The notes beneath the pieces are model-generated. The model was not told where the DNA came from. It saw only the letters and a list, made by a program, of their open reading frames with translations, and did no database searches. From IMG/VR virus record IMGVR_UViG_3300022602_000024, positions 1-64,000 of that record: 64,000 nt of DNA; one strand, given 5' to 3'. Positions 1 through 9,200 of this stretch are shown here, piece after piece (within the stretch, counting starts at the first letter, position 1; each line of letters begins with the position of its first letter). The position numbers and the translations under genes are program-made.

Positions 1-1050
1 TGTAACCCCACCTAATGTTGTAATATTTGGCTGACTTGCAGTTTGTAGTGTACCTGTTAATGTTGTACTACCACTTGCACCAATTGATGTAACCCCACCT
101 AATGTTGTAATATTTGGCTGACTTGCAGTTTGTAGTGTACCTGTTAATGTTGTACTACCACTTGCACCAATTGATGTAACCCCACCTAATGTTGTAATAT
201 TTGGCTGACTTGCACTAGAACTGTTTAGTGTACCATACAAAACTGCACCACTATTACCAATAGTGGCACCATTGACATTGGTTGCATTAATTGTTGTTAC
301 ATATTCAGTTGTTTCATAAACAGTATTATTAATTGTGGTTGTAGTACCATTAACTGTCAAACAACCTGTAATTGTAAAGTTACCAGCTGCAGTTGTGGTA
401 ACACCGCTTGTACCAATACTTGTAACGCCGGCTAGTGTAGTTACATTAGGTTGACTTGCAGTACTCAATGTACCAGTAAGTGTTGCACCGGAGTTACCAA
501 TTGTACCAGCATTTACTGTGGCAGCAATGATTGTGCTACTACTTGTAATTGCAGCTGTAGTGGTTGCACCACTAACTGCTAAACTAGTTAATGTACCAAC
601 TGATGTTATATTGGTTTGTGCAGCTGTTTGTAGCGTACCAGTTAATGTTGTACTACCACTTGCACCAATTGATGTAACCCCACCTAATGTTGTAATGTTG
701 GGTTGACTTGCAGTACTTAACGTACCAGTTAATGTTGTACTACCACTTGCACCAATTGATGTAACCCCACCTAATGTTGTAATGTTNNNNNNNNNNTTGC
801 ACCAATTGATGTAACCCCACCTAATGTTGTAATGTTGGGTTGACTTGCAGTACTTAACGTACCAGTTAATGTTGTACTACCACTTGCACCAATTGATGTA
901 ACCCCACCTAATGTTGTAATGTTGGGTTGACTTGCAGTACTTAACGTACCAGTTAATGTTGTACTACCACTTGCACCAATTGATGTAACCCCACCTAATG
1001 TTGTAATGTTAGGTTGACTTGCAGTACTCAATGTACCAGTAAGTGTTGCT
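1..1050. repeat. 87-nt (29-codon) coding tandem repeats
   Basis: The unit starting TTGCACCAATTGATGTAACCCC begins at 75, 162, 660, 747, 797, 884 and 971. Consecutive copies are 87 nt apart except across the gap. Confidence 0.92.
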
Positions 1051-1544
1051 CCGCTATTACCAATTGTACCTGCATTGAGCGTTGAGGCTATGATTGTACC
1101 AAATTGTCCAGATGCTCCAACATTACCAATTGTGCCAGCTTGCAATGTTGCAGTATTAATTGTACCTGTTACATTTAAACTGTTAAATTGTGCAGATCCT
1201 GCTCCTGTAACACCACTGGATGTCACTGTCCAAACTTGCGTTCCGCCAACACCCATTGTGATATTGGCAGTATTAACTGTGATGTTAGCTGTTCCATTTG
1301 TTAATGATGTTGCACTTGCTGAGTTGGCAGCTGCAATTGCCGATCCTGCGGCTACACCACCAGTGGTTGCAACTGTTTGAACAGTACCTGTTGTTGTAAA
1401 AACTGTTGCCGTTGGATTTGGTACACTTGCAGTCGGTGCTGGTGCAAAAATAATTGCTCCAGTTGTTGTGTCAACACTGATATTTGCGCCCGATGATCCA
1501 CCAATGTTAATACCGTTTTGTACTATAAAATTTGCGTTTGCCAT
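1..1544 (-). CDS. Repeat-rich tail-fibre/virion protein, 3'-truncated by the window edge and interrupted by an assembly gap
   Basis: ATG at 1544 with SD-like AAGGAAG. ORF 771..1544 runs into the N-gap (787-796). Bases 786..1 form 262 stop-free minus-strand codons carrying the same 29-aa repeat (TLTGTLSTASQPNITTLGGVTSIGASGST), so this is read as one gene. Function is inferred from composition and context. Confidence 0.75.
787..796. other. Assembly gap (10 N) inside the tandem repeat
   Basis: Run of N. Repeat phase implies a true length of 47+87k nt, which would restore the reading frame. Confidence 0.9.
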
Positions 1545-1585
1545 TTTTCTTCCTTATTCGGTTCACTATCCCCGAAATTATACTA

Positions 1586-1614
1586 AGTTAGGGAGAGCCC
1601 GTCCCTCCCTAACT
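1586..1614 (-). promoter_or_regulatory. Strong intergenic hairpin without a U-tract
   Basis: AGTTAGGGAG (1586-1595) and CTCCCTAACT (1605-1614) form a perfect 10-bp inverted repeat between two co-oriented fibre genes. Confidence 0.55.
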
Positions 1615-1623
1615 GTCTCTATC

Positions 1624-4600
1624 TTAGATTGGTAAGTATTGTCTCCACAATCTTACATTGGTGCTCGAATTAGCTGCAACAAACTGTAGTGTTGTTGTAC
1701 CACCGCTTGCAGCGACTGTTGCCACTCCCAAGTTACCACCTGTTGCTACAGTACCGTATACTACCACTTGTGCAGCGGTACCTGTTGACACAACCAATGC
1801 TTCCATTGTTTGATAGTTGCTACCATTTGTGGCCTGTATAATATACTTGGCACTACGGTATGCAGTAAACGAATCAAGTGTAGTTAGTGTGTTGGCACTA
1901 CTTACTGACACGTTAGCATCACCTGTTACCAAACCGCCTCCAGGTGGCATAATAAACACATTACCAGCACTACCTGTTCCAGTTGCAAATACGATACCAT
2001 TATTATCGTTGGCAACGTTGATATTTGTAAAACCAGTACTGCTACTTAGTGATTGTACTGTTGAAGTAGTTGTAAGCACACGAGTGTCAATCACGTCACC
2101 GCTTGCAGGTGCTTGGCTGAATGTTAATGTTGTTCCGCTTACTGTGTAAGCGTATCCAGCACCACCAATCTGCACAATACCGTTGATACTTACTAGTACA
2201 CCAGCAGTTGTTGTATTTACAGGCAAAGTAAATGCAGTTGTTGATCCATCACCACTGTACTGATTTTCTTGGATAATAGTAAATGATGTTGTAGCAGCCA
2301 CCCATTGTGATCCAGTGTACCATTCAATACCACCAGCAGTTGAGTTATAACGCAACATACCTTGTGTGTCTGTACCTAATCCGCTTGCAGTTGGACGTTG
2401 ACTGTTTGTACCAACTGGTAGTAAGATTGAGTCTGCACTATTGATTTGCAATTTAGCACCAGCAACCAGTGTACTGGTTGTTGCACTGTTACCAATCACA
2501 ACAGAATCGTATGTACCAGCATGGGCCCACAACAATGTCTTATCGTTCTTACCGCTCATGTACATGTCACTGTTAGCACCAGTTGACTGACTTACGTTAA
2601 TATTGGCACCTTGGCTGATGATTGCATTGTTACCAAAACTTGCACCGCCTGACACAACCATTGTACCGGTTGTTGTGGTAGCAATTGTGCTGTTAGTAGT
2701 AAATGTAGCAACAATGCTATTAGCATATGTACCGCCCACGTGGATTGCCACTGTCTTACCAACTGTGTCTGTACCAATTGTTAAATTACCAGCATCTACA
2801 TACAAGTAACCGTCATTGGCACCCGACATTGTCCATCCACTTGCAGCCCCAGTGAATCCAGAACCGTTAATACCCATGTCAATATAGTGAGTACTATCTG
2901 TACCGTTATCGGCAGTAGCAACAAAGTCTGTTGATGCGTTGTTACCAGAACTGTTGTTCTGTGCTTGGATCTGTACATAGTTGTTAGCCAATCCAGTAGC
3001 AACAATCAATGGGTTGCTCAAACCAATTGTGCTTTGTGCTGGGCCAAAGTAACCAGTACCCCCAATAACTGCGTTACCAGTAGCAAGTGTCAATCCACCT
3101 GCACCTGTAATTACCAATGCACCTTGTGTGCTGGAACTTGGTATAGCAGTTGTACCGCTTGTAATTACAACATTACCACCGTGTGTTGCTACACCGCTCG
3201 ATGATAGTGTAGTAAATGCACCAGTTGAAGCAGTTGTAGCACCAATTGTTGTTCCATTTATGCTACCACCAGTGATAACTGCATTAGCACTGCTTAGGTT
3301 GGTAACAACCAATGTGCCTGCCGAACCACTGATACTATTAACATTGCCTGAACTGAAGTTAGTGGCAACCAATGTTGTTACGTTTCCGTTTGTTACACCA
3401 AGTGTTGCCACGTTACCTGCTGCGGCTGTCAACGAAGTCAATCCAGTTACACTGCCGCCGGTTAACAATACGTTAGCACTACTGATATTGGTAAACAGAC
3501 CAGTTGTACCAGTAATGTTTGTAGCAGTTACATTACCACCTGTGATTTGTGCATTGGCACTACTGATATTGGTAAACAGACCAGTTGTACCAGTAATGTT
3601 TGTAGCAGTTATGTTACCACCAGTGATTTGTGCGTTGGCAGAACTAAAGTTTGTTCCTTGCAATGTAGTAAATGAACCACTAGTCATACCAGTTGTACTA
3701 CCGCCTGCGATTACTGCATTGCCTGAACTGAAGTTAGTTGCTTGTACTGTAGTTGCATTGATTGCAGTAATACCAGTGAATGTACCACCTGTCAACTGAG
3801 CATTACCTGTGCTGAAGTTTGTAGCCTGTAATGTTGTAAAGTTACCAGCAGCTGGAGTTGCATTACCAATAATACCTTGGAAACTTGCAGCGGTTAATGT
3901 TGTAAATGCACCAGTACTTGCAGTAGCATTACCAATTGGTGTTGCTTGTATGCCAGCACTAACTGTTATTGTGTTGGCTGATAGTGCACTACTGATCACT
4001 GCATTTGAAGCATATAGTGTGTTAACACCACTGATGTTACCACTGGAGCCACTTGTTATCAAGTTACCAACAGTGGCATTACCAGCAACATACAATGCAC
4101 CACCAATGCCCGCACCGCCTGTACCAGCAACTACTAGAGCACCAGTTGTAGTGCTTGAACTTGCAGTTCCAGAGTTGGCAACAATATTACCATTGGCAAT
4201 TATTGTACCAGTACTTGTAATGGTTGTAAATGCACCAGTTGAAGCAGTTGTTGCACCAATTGGTGTGTTGTTTACACTACCACCTGTGATTACTGCATTG
4301 CCTGTGCTGAAGCCAGTTGTGGCAACAGCATACGTTGAAGTTGTATTTGTAGAAACTACAGTTGCAATACTGGCTGCAGTTGAATACAATGTACCGGTAC
4401 TTGGTACATATGAAAGAGAAGTATTTGTAAACGCAGCTGCATTTGCACCTGCTACGTTACCAAATATTGGATAGAATGTTGCGCTACTTGTAGTATTTTG
4501 TTCTGATATAAAGTATGCAACATTGGCTTGTGCAGCACCGCCAGAAATCGTACCAGAGAATGTACCATAAATTGTGCCACCCACAAACAAACTACCGCTT

Positions 4601-7431
4601 GCATTAATTTGGGTAGCATTGACATTGGTAGTTGTTACATTGCCGCCAACATATAAGTTGCCGCTTACACTGCCGTCTCCGTAAACACGTACAGTGCCAG
4701 TATTAGCAGTTAATCCACCACCTAGTACTTGAGCATTTGCTACAGTTAATGCACCCATTTTAACAGGGTCATAAATTGCAAATGTATAGTCGGTTACACC
4801 AGCTGTTGGTTCTGGAACATTACTGAAGAATTTCCAAGTTGCATCAGTATAATCACGAGTTAAACCAGTGTGTTGATAATGACTTGGGCTACCACCAACA
4901 AAGTGTGAGTAGAAACCAATATCGTAATTGTAAGTGCCAGGATTACTTGCATTCAAATACAACAGTGGATCATTGACAGATTCAATTGTTGATACTGTTG
5001 ATGTAATATTACCAAAGATATTACCGCCAACCCATAAGTTAGCACCAACATACATACCACCTGTAACCTGTACTGCACCAGAATTCAAACCAACTGAATC
5101 AGTTGAGCTAGTAAATGTTACTGCACCGCTAGCAGCCAATGTAGTAAATGCACCAGTTGCAGCAGTATTTGCACCAATTGGGAAGTTATCTGAATACCCA
5201 CCAGATATACGTGCATTAGCAGTACTGAATCCTGTTGTAACAACCAGTGTCGAAATGTTACCGTTGGTTACACCTAATGTTGCAACATTACCGGAGATAG
5301 CACTCAGACCAGTTAACCCAGTAATTGATCCACCGGTGATACTGGCATTAGCGGTACTGAAACCAGTAGTAGCAACTAGTGTTGTAATGTTTCCGTTAGT
5401 AGCACTAAATGTAGCAACGTTACCGGTAACTGCACTTAGTCCAGTTAACCCAGTAATTGATCCACCGGTGATTCCAGCATTGGCAGTACTGAAGTTTGTA
5501 GCAACTAGTGTTGTAATATTTCCGTTAGTAGCACTAAATGTAGCAACATTACCGGCTACTGCACTTAGTCCAGTTAAGTTGTTTACACTACCGCCAGTGA
5601 TCTGTGCGTTACCAGAGCTCAAGTTTGTACCTTGTAGTGTAGTAAATGATCCACTGGTCATACCAGTTGTGTATCCACCAGTGATCTGTGCGTTACCTGT
5701 ACTGAATCCAGTAGTAGCAACTAGTGTTGTGATATTACCAGATGTAGCACTAAATGTAGCAACATTACCGGCTACTGCACTTAGTCCAGTTAAGTTGTTT
5801 ACACTACCACCTGTGATCTGTGCGTTACCTGTACTGAATCCAGTAGTAGCAACTAGTGTTGTGATATTACCAGATGTAGCACTAAATGTAGCAACATTAC
5901 CGGCTACTGCTGTTAGTGCAGTCAATCCTGTTGCAAATCCACCAGAAACTTGTGCATTACTTGTGCTGAATCCAGTAGTAGCCACTAATGTTGTGATATT
6001 GCCGTTGGTAGCACTAAATGTAGCTACATTACCAGCTGCTGCCGATAGTGCAGACAACCCAGTAGCAAACCCACCAGAAACTTGTGCATTACTTGTACTA
6101 AATCCAGTTGTGGCAACTAGCGTTGTTACATTGGCATTAGTAGAATTTAATGTTGCAACATAAGCTGTACTTGCATTTGCTGTTGTAAGAGTAGCAGCCG
6201 CAGGAGTCACATTACCAATCACTGTGTTATTGATTCCGTAATCAACACTTAAACCAAATGCTGGATTAGCACTTAACGATACACCACCTAAGTTGATGGT
6301 ATTACCGCTTAGGTACAAACTACGGAAACGCAGTGCATTTGTACCTAAATCATATGCTACATTTGCAGATGGTACAATTGATCCTGTCACTGTAATAGAT
6401 CCAGCAATGCCAACGTTGCCATTGATATAACTGTCACCAACTACACCAATACCACCACCAGTGATGGTTAATGATTGGCCAGTTGCAGAAGTATTGCTAC
6501 CAGTACCACCAGACAAACCTGTGATTTTTCCGCCTGTGATTACAGCATTAGCACTGCTGAAATTGGTTACCAGTCCGTATGTAACAGTTGCATTACCGCC
6601 AGTGATTTGTGCATTGCCAGAACTGAAATTGGTTCCTTGCAATGTAGTAAATGAGCCACTGGTCATACCAGTTGTACTACCACCTGTGATCACTGCATTA
6701 CCTGAACTAAAGTTAGTGGCTTGTAGTGTAGTTGCGTTAATAGCAGTAATACCAGTAAATGTACCACCAGTTAACTGTGCATTACCAGAACTGAAGTTGG
6801 TTCCTTGTAGTGTAGTAAATGAGCCGCCGGTCATGCCAGTTGTACTACCACCTGTGATCACTGCATTAGCAGTGGCAAAGCCAGTTGTTGCGTTTAAGTA
6901 TGTGAAATTACCAGTACTGGGTGTTGTATTACCAATCGGAGTGCCGTTTAATGACCCAATGCTGATACCACCAGACAAGTTTAAACTAGCTGCAGTTAAG
7001 TTACCAACCTTAACGTTAGCAAAACCACTATTTGTCAGTGTTGTAAATGCGTTACCAGAAGTTGTTGTTGCAATGGCTTCAAAAGCCTGATCGTTTTCTA
7101 CCCAGACCCAAGCAGTATTCACAGAACCGTAAGCACCTAGTGATGCATAGTTACGATTGACCATAATACCGATGTTATAACCAGAAATACTGCCGGTATA
7201 TCCGTTGTTGAACACAACAATCGGATCGTTAATATATGTGTTGACTGAATTTAATGTGCTGGTATTGCCGCTGACCGACAAGTTGCCGAGGATGGTAACG
7301 TTAGAATTTAACGTTACGCTTGATGAAAATAGGTTACCGGTAATGGTTCCGGTTGCAATTTTGTATTGCGCATTGATAGTATTATCAGTGATCTGATTAT
7401 TCTGGATTCTGGTTAAAACGCCTGATGACAT
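1624..7431 (-). CDS. Giant repetitive tail-fibre/adhesin-like virion protein (1935 aa)
   Basis: Long ORF rich in G/T/A/N/S with 44-aa and 27-aa internal repeats. C-terminal GDGSTTAFTL...YTVSGTTLTFSQAP and DSF..YRSAKY modules are shared with neighbouring genes. TAAATA and GGAG lie upstream. Confidence 0.8.
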   Translation of the reverse strand: MSSGVLTRIQNNQITDNTINAQYKIATGTITGNLFSSSVTLNSNVTILGNLSVSGNTSTLNSVNTYINDPIVVFNNGYTGSISGYNIGIMVNRNYASLGAYGSVNTAWVWVENDQAFEAIATTTSGNAFTTLTNSGFANVKVGNLTAASLNLSGGISIGSLNGTPIGNTTPSTGNFTYLNATTGFATANAVITGGSTTGMTGGSFTTLQGTNFSSGNAQLTGGTFTGITAINATTLQATNFSSGNAVITGGSTTGMTSGSFTTLQGTNFSSGNAQITGGNATVTYGLVTNFSSANAVITGGKITGLSGGTGSNTSATGQSLTITGGGIGVVGDSYINGNVGIAGSITVTGSIVPSANVAYDLGTNALRFRSLYLSGNTINLGGVSLSANPAFGLSVDYGINNTVIGNVTPAAATLTTANASTAYVATLNSTNANVTTLVATTGFSTSNAQVSGGFATGLSALSAAAGNVATFSATNGNITTLVATTGFSTSNAQVSGGFATGLTALTAVAGNVATFSATSGNITTLVATTGFSTGNAQITGGSVNNLTGLSAVAGNVATFSATSGNITTLVATTGFSTGNAQITGGYTTGMTSGSFTTLQGTNLSSGNAQITGGSVNNLTGLSAVAGNVATFSATNGNITTLVATNFSTANAGITGGSITGLTGLSAVTGNVATFSATNGNITTLVATTGFSTANASITGGSITGLTGLSAISGNVATLGVTNGNISTLVVTTGFSTANARISGGYSDNFPIGANTAATGAFTTLAASGAVTFTSSTDSVGLNSGAVQVTGGMYVGANLWVGGNIFGNITSTVSTIESVNDPLLYLNASNPGTYNYDIGFYSHFVGGSPSHYQHTGLTRDYTDATWKFFSNVPEPTAGVTDYTFAIYDPVKMGALTVANAQVLGGGLTANTGTVRVYGDGSVSGNLYVGGNVTTTNVNATQINASGSLFVGGTIYGTFSGTISGGAAQANVAYFISEQNTTSSATFYPIFGNVAGANAAAFTNTSLSYVPSTGTLYSTAASIATVVSTNTTSTYAVATTGFSTGNAVITGGSVNNTPIGATTASTGAFTTITSTGTIIANGNIVANSGTASSSTTTGALVVAGTGGAGIGGALYVAGNATVGNLITSGSSGNISGVNTLYASNAVISSALSANTITVSAGIQATPIGNATASTGAFTTLTAASFQGIIGNATPAAGNFTTLQATNFSTGNAQLTGGTFTGITAINATTVQATNFSSGNAVIAGGSTTGMTSGSFTTLQGTNFSSANAQITGGNITATNITGTTGLFTNISSANAQITGGNVTATNITGTTGLFTNISSANVLLTGGSVTGLTSLTAAAGNVATLGVTNGNVTTLVATNFSSGNVNSISGSAGTLVVTNLSSANAVITGGSINGTTIGATTASTGAFTTLSSSGVATHGGNVVITSGTTAIPSSSTQGALVITGAGGLTLATGNAVIGGTGYFGPAQSTIGLSNPLIVATGLANNYVQIQAQNNSSGNNASTDFVATADNGTDSTHYIDMGINGSGFTGAASGWTMSGANDGYLYVDAGNLTIGTDTVGKTVAIHVGGTYANSIVATFTTNSTIATTTTGTMVVSGGASFGNNAIISQGANINVSQSTGANSDMYMSGKNDKTLLWAHAGTYDSVVIGNSATTSTLVAGAKLQINSADSILLPVGTNSQRPTASGLGTDTQGMLRYNSTAGGIEWYTGSQWVAATTSFTIIQENQYSGDGSTTAFTLPVNTTTAGVLVSINGIVQIGGAGYAYTVSGTTLTFSQAPASGDVIDTRVLTTTSTVQSLSSSTGFTNINVANDNNGIVFATGTGSAGNVFIMPPGGGLVTGDANVSVSSANTLTTLDSFTAYRSAKYIIQATNGSNYQTMEALVVSTGTAAQVVVYGTVATGGNLGVATVAASGGTTTLQFVAANSSTNVRLWRQYLPI
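5300..6130. repeat. 132-nt (44-aa) coding repeat array
   Basis: TGFSTGNAQITGG...AGNVATFSATSGNITTLVAT units; for example CGTTACCTGTACTGAATCCA occurs at 5691 and 5823. Confidence 0.8.
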
Positions 7432-7452
7432 AGGTAAACTCCTGTGATACAG

Positions 7453-7458
7453 TATTTA
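7453..7458 (-). promoter_or_regulatory. T4-like late promoter core TAAATA
   Basis: TAAATA about 20 nt upstream of ATG 7431, followed by a GGAG SD. The motif recurs before most structural genes. Confidence 0.65.
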
Positions 7459-7499
7459 CCACAGTTCTGACATTTTGGGATTAGGTGACTAGATTACAG

Positions 7500-9200
7500 T
7501 CAGATTACAAAATACGTGCGTTGTATTCGTAGTTGGTTGGAGTTGGTTGTGCCGTTAGCCAGCAAATTGACTGTACTACCATTGATATTGGCGTAATAAC
7601 TTACAGTATTGGCGCCTGTATTAAGTAGTCCAAAGTTATTTATAATTACAGTTCCGTTATTTTGTACCAACATTATCTCAGACATTTGACTGTCATAGGG
7701 ATTGGTGCTAGAAACCGTATAGCGTGCACTTCTATATGTACCAGAAGAGAAACTATCTACAATGGTCAGAGTAGTACTAACTGTGACATTAGGAGCAGAA
7801 ACTATAGTGGTGTTTGCCGAGGTAACAATTGCAGAATTAGCAGCAGTCACATTGGCAACTAGATTTGTTAATTGTACATTTGCCCAAGTTTCGTAAGGCG
7901 TAGCGGAGGCGCCAACTTCAGCTGCAGCCAAGAAACGTATGTCAATTTGGTCACTTGCGCCAGGTGCTTGAGCAAAAGTAATTTGGTTACCACTGACAGT
8001 ATAAGCAAAATTTGGTTGTTGAATAGTACCGTTGATATTAACGATAATGCCGTTACTGTTAGCATAGTGATTTAGAGTAAATGTTACTGTTGATCCATCG
8101 CCAAAGAAGTTTTGTCCATCAATACTATTGATGATACTGACCCATCCAGTGCCGTTGTAAAACTCAATTGACGCATAATCGCTGTTGTATCTAAGTTGCC
8201 CAGCATTGGGACTTGAAGGTCTTGCTACATTGCCGCCAACTGGTAATCCAATAGCAGATGTAGTGCCAAATACTGTCACTGTATTGGCATCTGGTAAAAT
8301 AGTATCAACATAAACATTGGCACTGACAACATTGCCTGCAGTGATATTTCCAGTGTATGTTGTCAGGTACGCACCAACTTGAGTGTTGCCGTATGTGGGC
8401 GCTAGAGCACTAACACCGTTACTCCAGAATAAACCAGTGGATATTGTGACATTGGCTGCACTTACATTTCCGCCGTATATTGGCAAATATGCTGCAACTT
8501 GAGTGTTGCCGTAGTTGCTAAACAATGTACCATTGCTGTTATACAAATTAGTAATGATCAAATTACCAGCAGTTACATTACTGCCAAAACTTAATCCGTT
8601 GACATTTCCACTAATGGTGTTACCAGAGATACTTACATTAGCAATTTGCAAATTTGCAAAAGTTGTAATACCTTGTACACCTGTATATCTTGCACCAACT
8701 ACATAAACAACGTTGGCACCTGTTACTGCTGAAGGCACGTTGGTATCAGCAAAGTTAACAATGCCTGCAGAGTAATCAAAATACCAACTGTCTGCATTTC
8801 CAGAACCCGCTGGTGGTAAATTTACATAATTTGAAGGTGTGCTACTGCCAGACGGACCAGCGTATAACTTGACCTGATAACCTGCGCCAAACTGCGGAGG
8901 AATCCAATTGGTCAAATTGGTTGTCCATGTTTCATTTGCCACTGACTCTGACAGACTAGTTGCTTGTACTGCAGAACTCAAACTGTCTCTATAGACTGTA
9001 ACTACACTACTGTTGCTGGATGGCAAAACAGTAACACTAGGAATTAAATAATCTTGTTGCCATATTGTAGTACCGGGGCTGAGTTGAGGGCTAGCATTGG
9101 CCTCATTGCTAGGGCTTTTGGCCGTAGACGTATCTGTTTTAGAAACTCCACTGAGTTTCTTGTACAAGATGTCAACTAATTGTGTTTGTGATATAGCCAT
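7500..9200 (-). CDS. Virion structural protein (566 aa)
   Basis: Long ORF sharing GQLRYNS, FGDGST..FTL and DSF...YRSARY modules with the 1935-aa protein. Its start overlaps the stop of the upstream gene. Confidence 0.75.
   Translation of the reverse strand: MAISQTQLVDILYKKLSGVSKTDTSTAKSPSNEANASPQLSPGTTIWQQDYLIPSVTVLPSSNSSVVTVYRDSLSSAVQATSLSESVANETWTTNLTNWIPPQFGAGYQVKLYAGPSGSSTPSNYVNLPPAGSGNADSWYFDYSAGIVNFADTNVPSAVTGANVVYVVGARYTGVQGITTFANLQIANVSISGNTISGNVNGLSFGSNVTAGNLIITNLYNSNGTLFSNYGNTQVAAYLPIYGGNVSAANVTISTGLFWSNGVSALAPTYGNTQVGAYLTTYTGNITAGNVVSANVYVDTILPDANTVTVFGTTSAIGLPVGGNVARPSSPNAGQLRYNSDYASIEFYNGTGWVSIINSIDGQNFFGDGSTVTFTLNHYANSNGIIVNINGTIQQPNFAYTVSGNQITFAQAPGASDQIDIRFLAAAEVGASATPYETWANVQLTNLVANVTAANSAIVTSANTTIVSAPNVTVSTTLTIVDSFSSGTYRSARYTVSSTNPYDSQMSEIMLVQNNGTVIINNFGLLNTGANTVSYYANINGSTVNLLANGTTNSNQLRIQRTYFVI

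Noticed and set aside
771-800. Apparent frameshift or premature stop in the left fibre gene
   Set aside because: Artefact of the 10-N placeholder; repeat phase restores the frame.
1-1050. CRISPR- or TIGR-like array
   Set aside because: The units are contiguous in-frame coding repeats with no unique spacers.
518-7396. Many long plus-strand ORFs (up to 409 aa) opposite the fibre genes
   Set aside because: Antisense shadows of GGT/ACT/GCA/AAT-rich codons. They are V/P/A/L-rich, lack SD or promoters and lie fully opposite better-supported genes.
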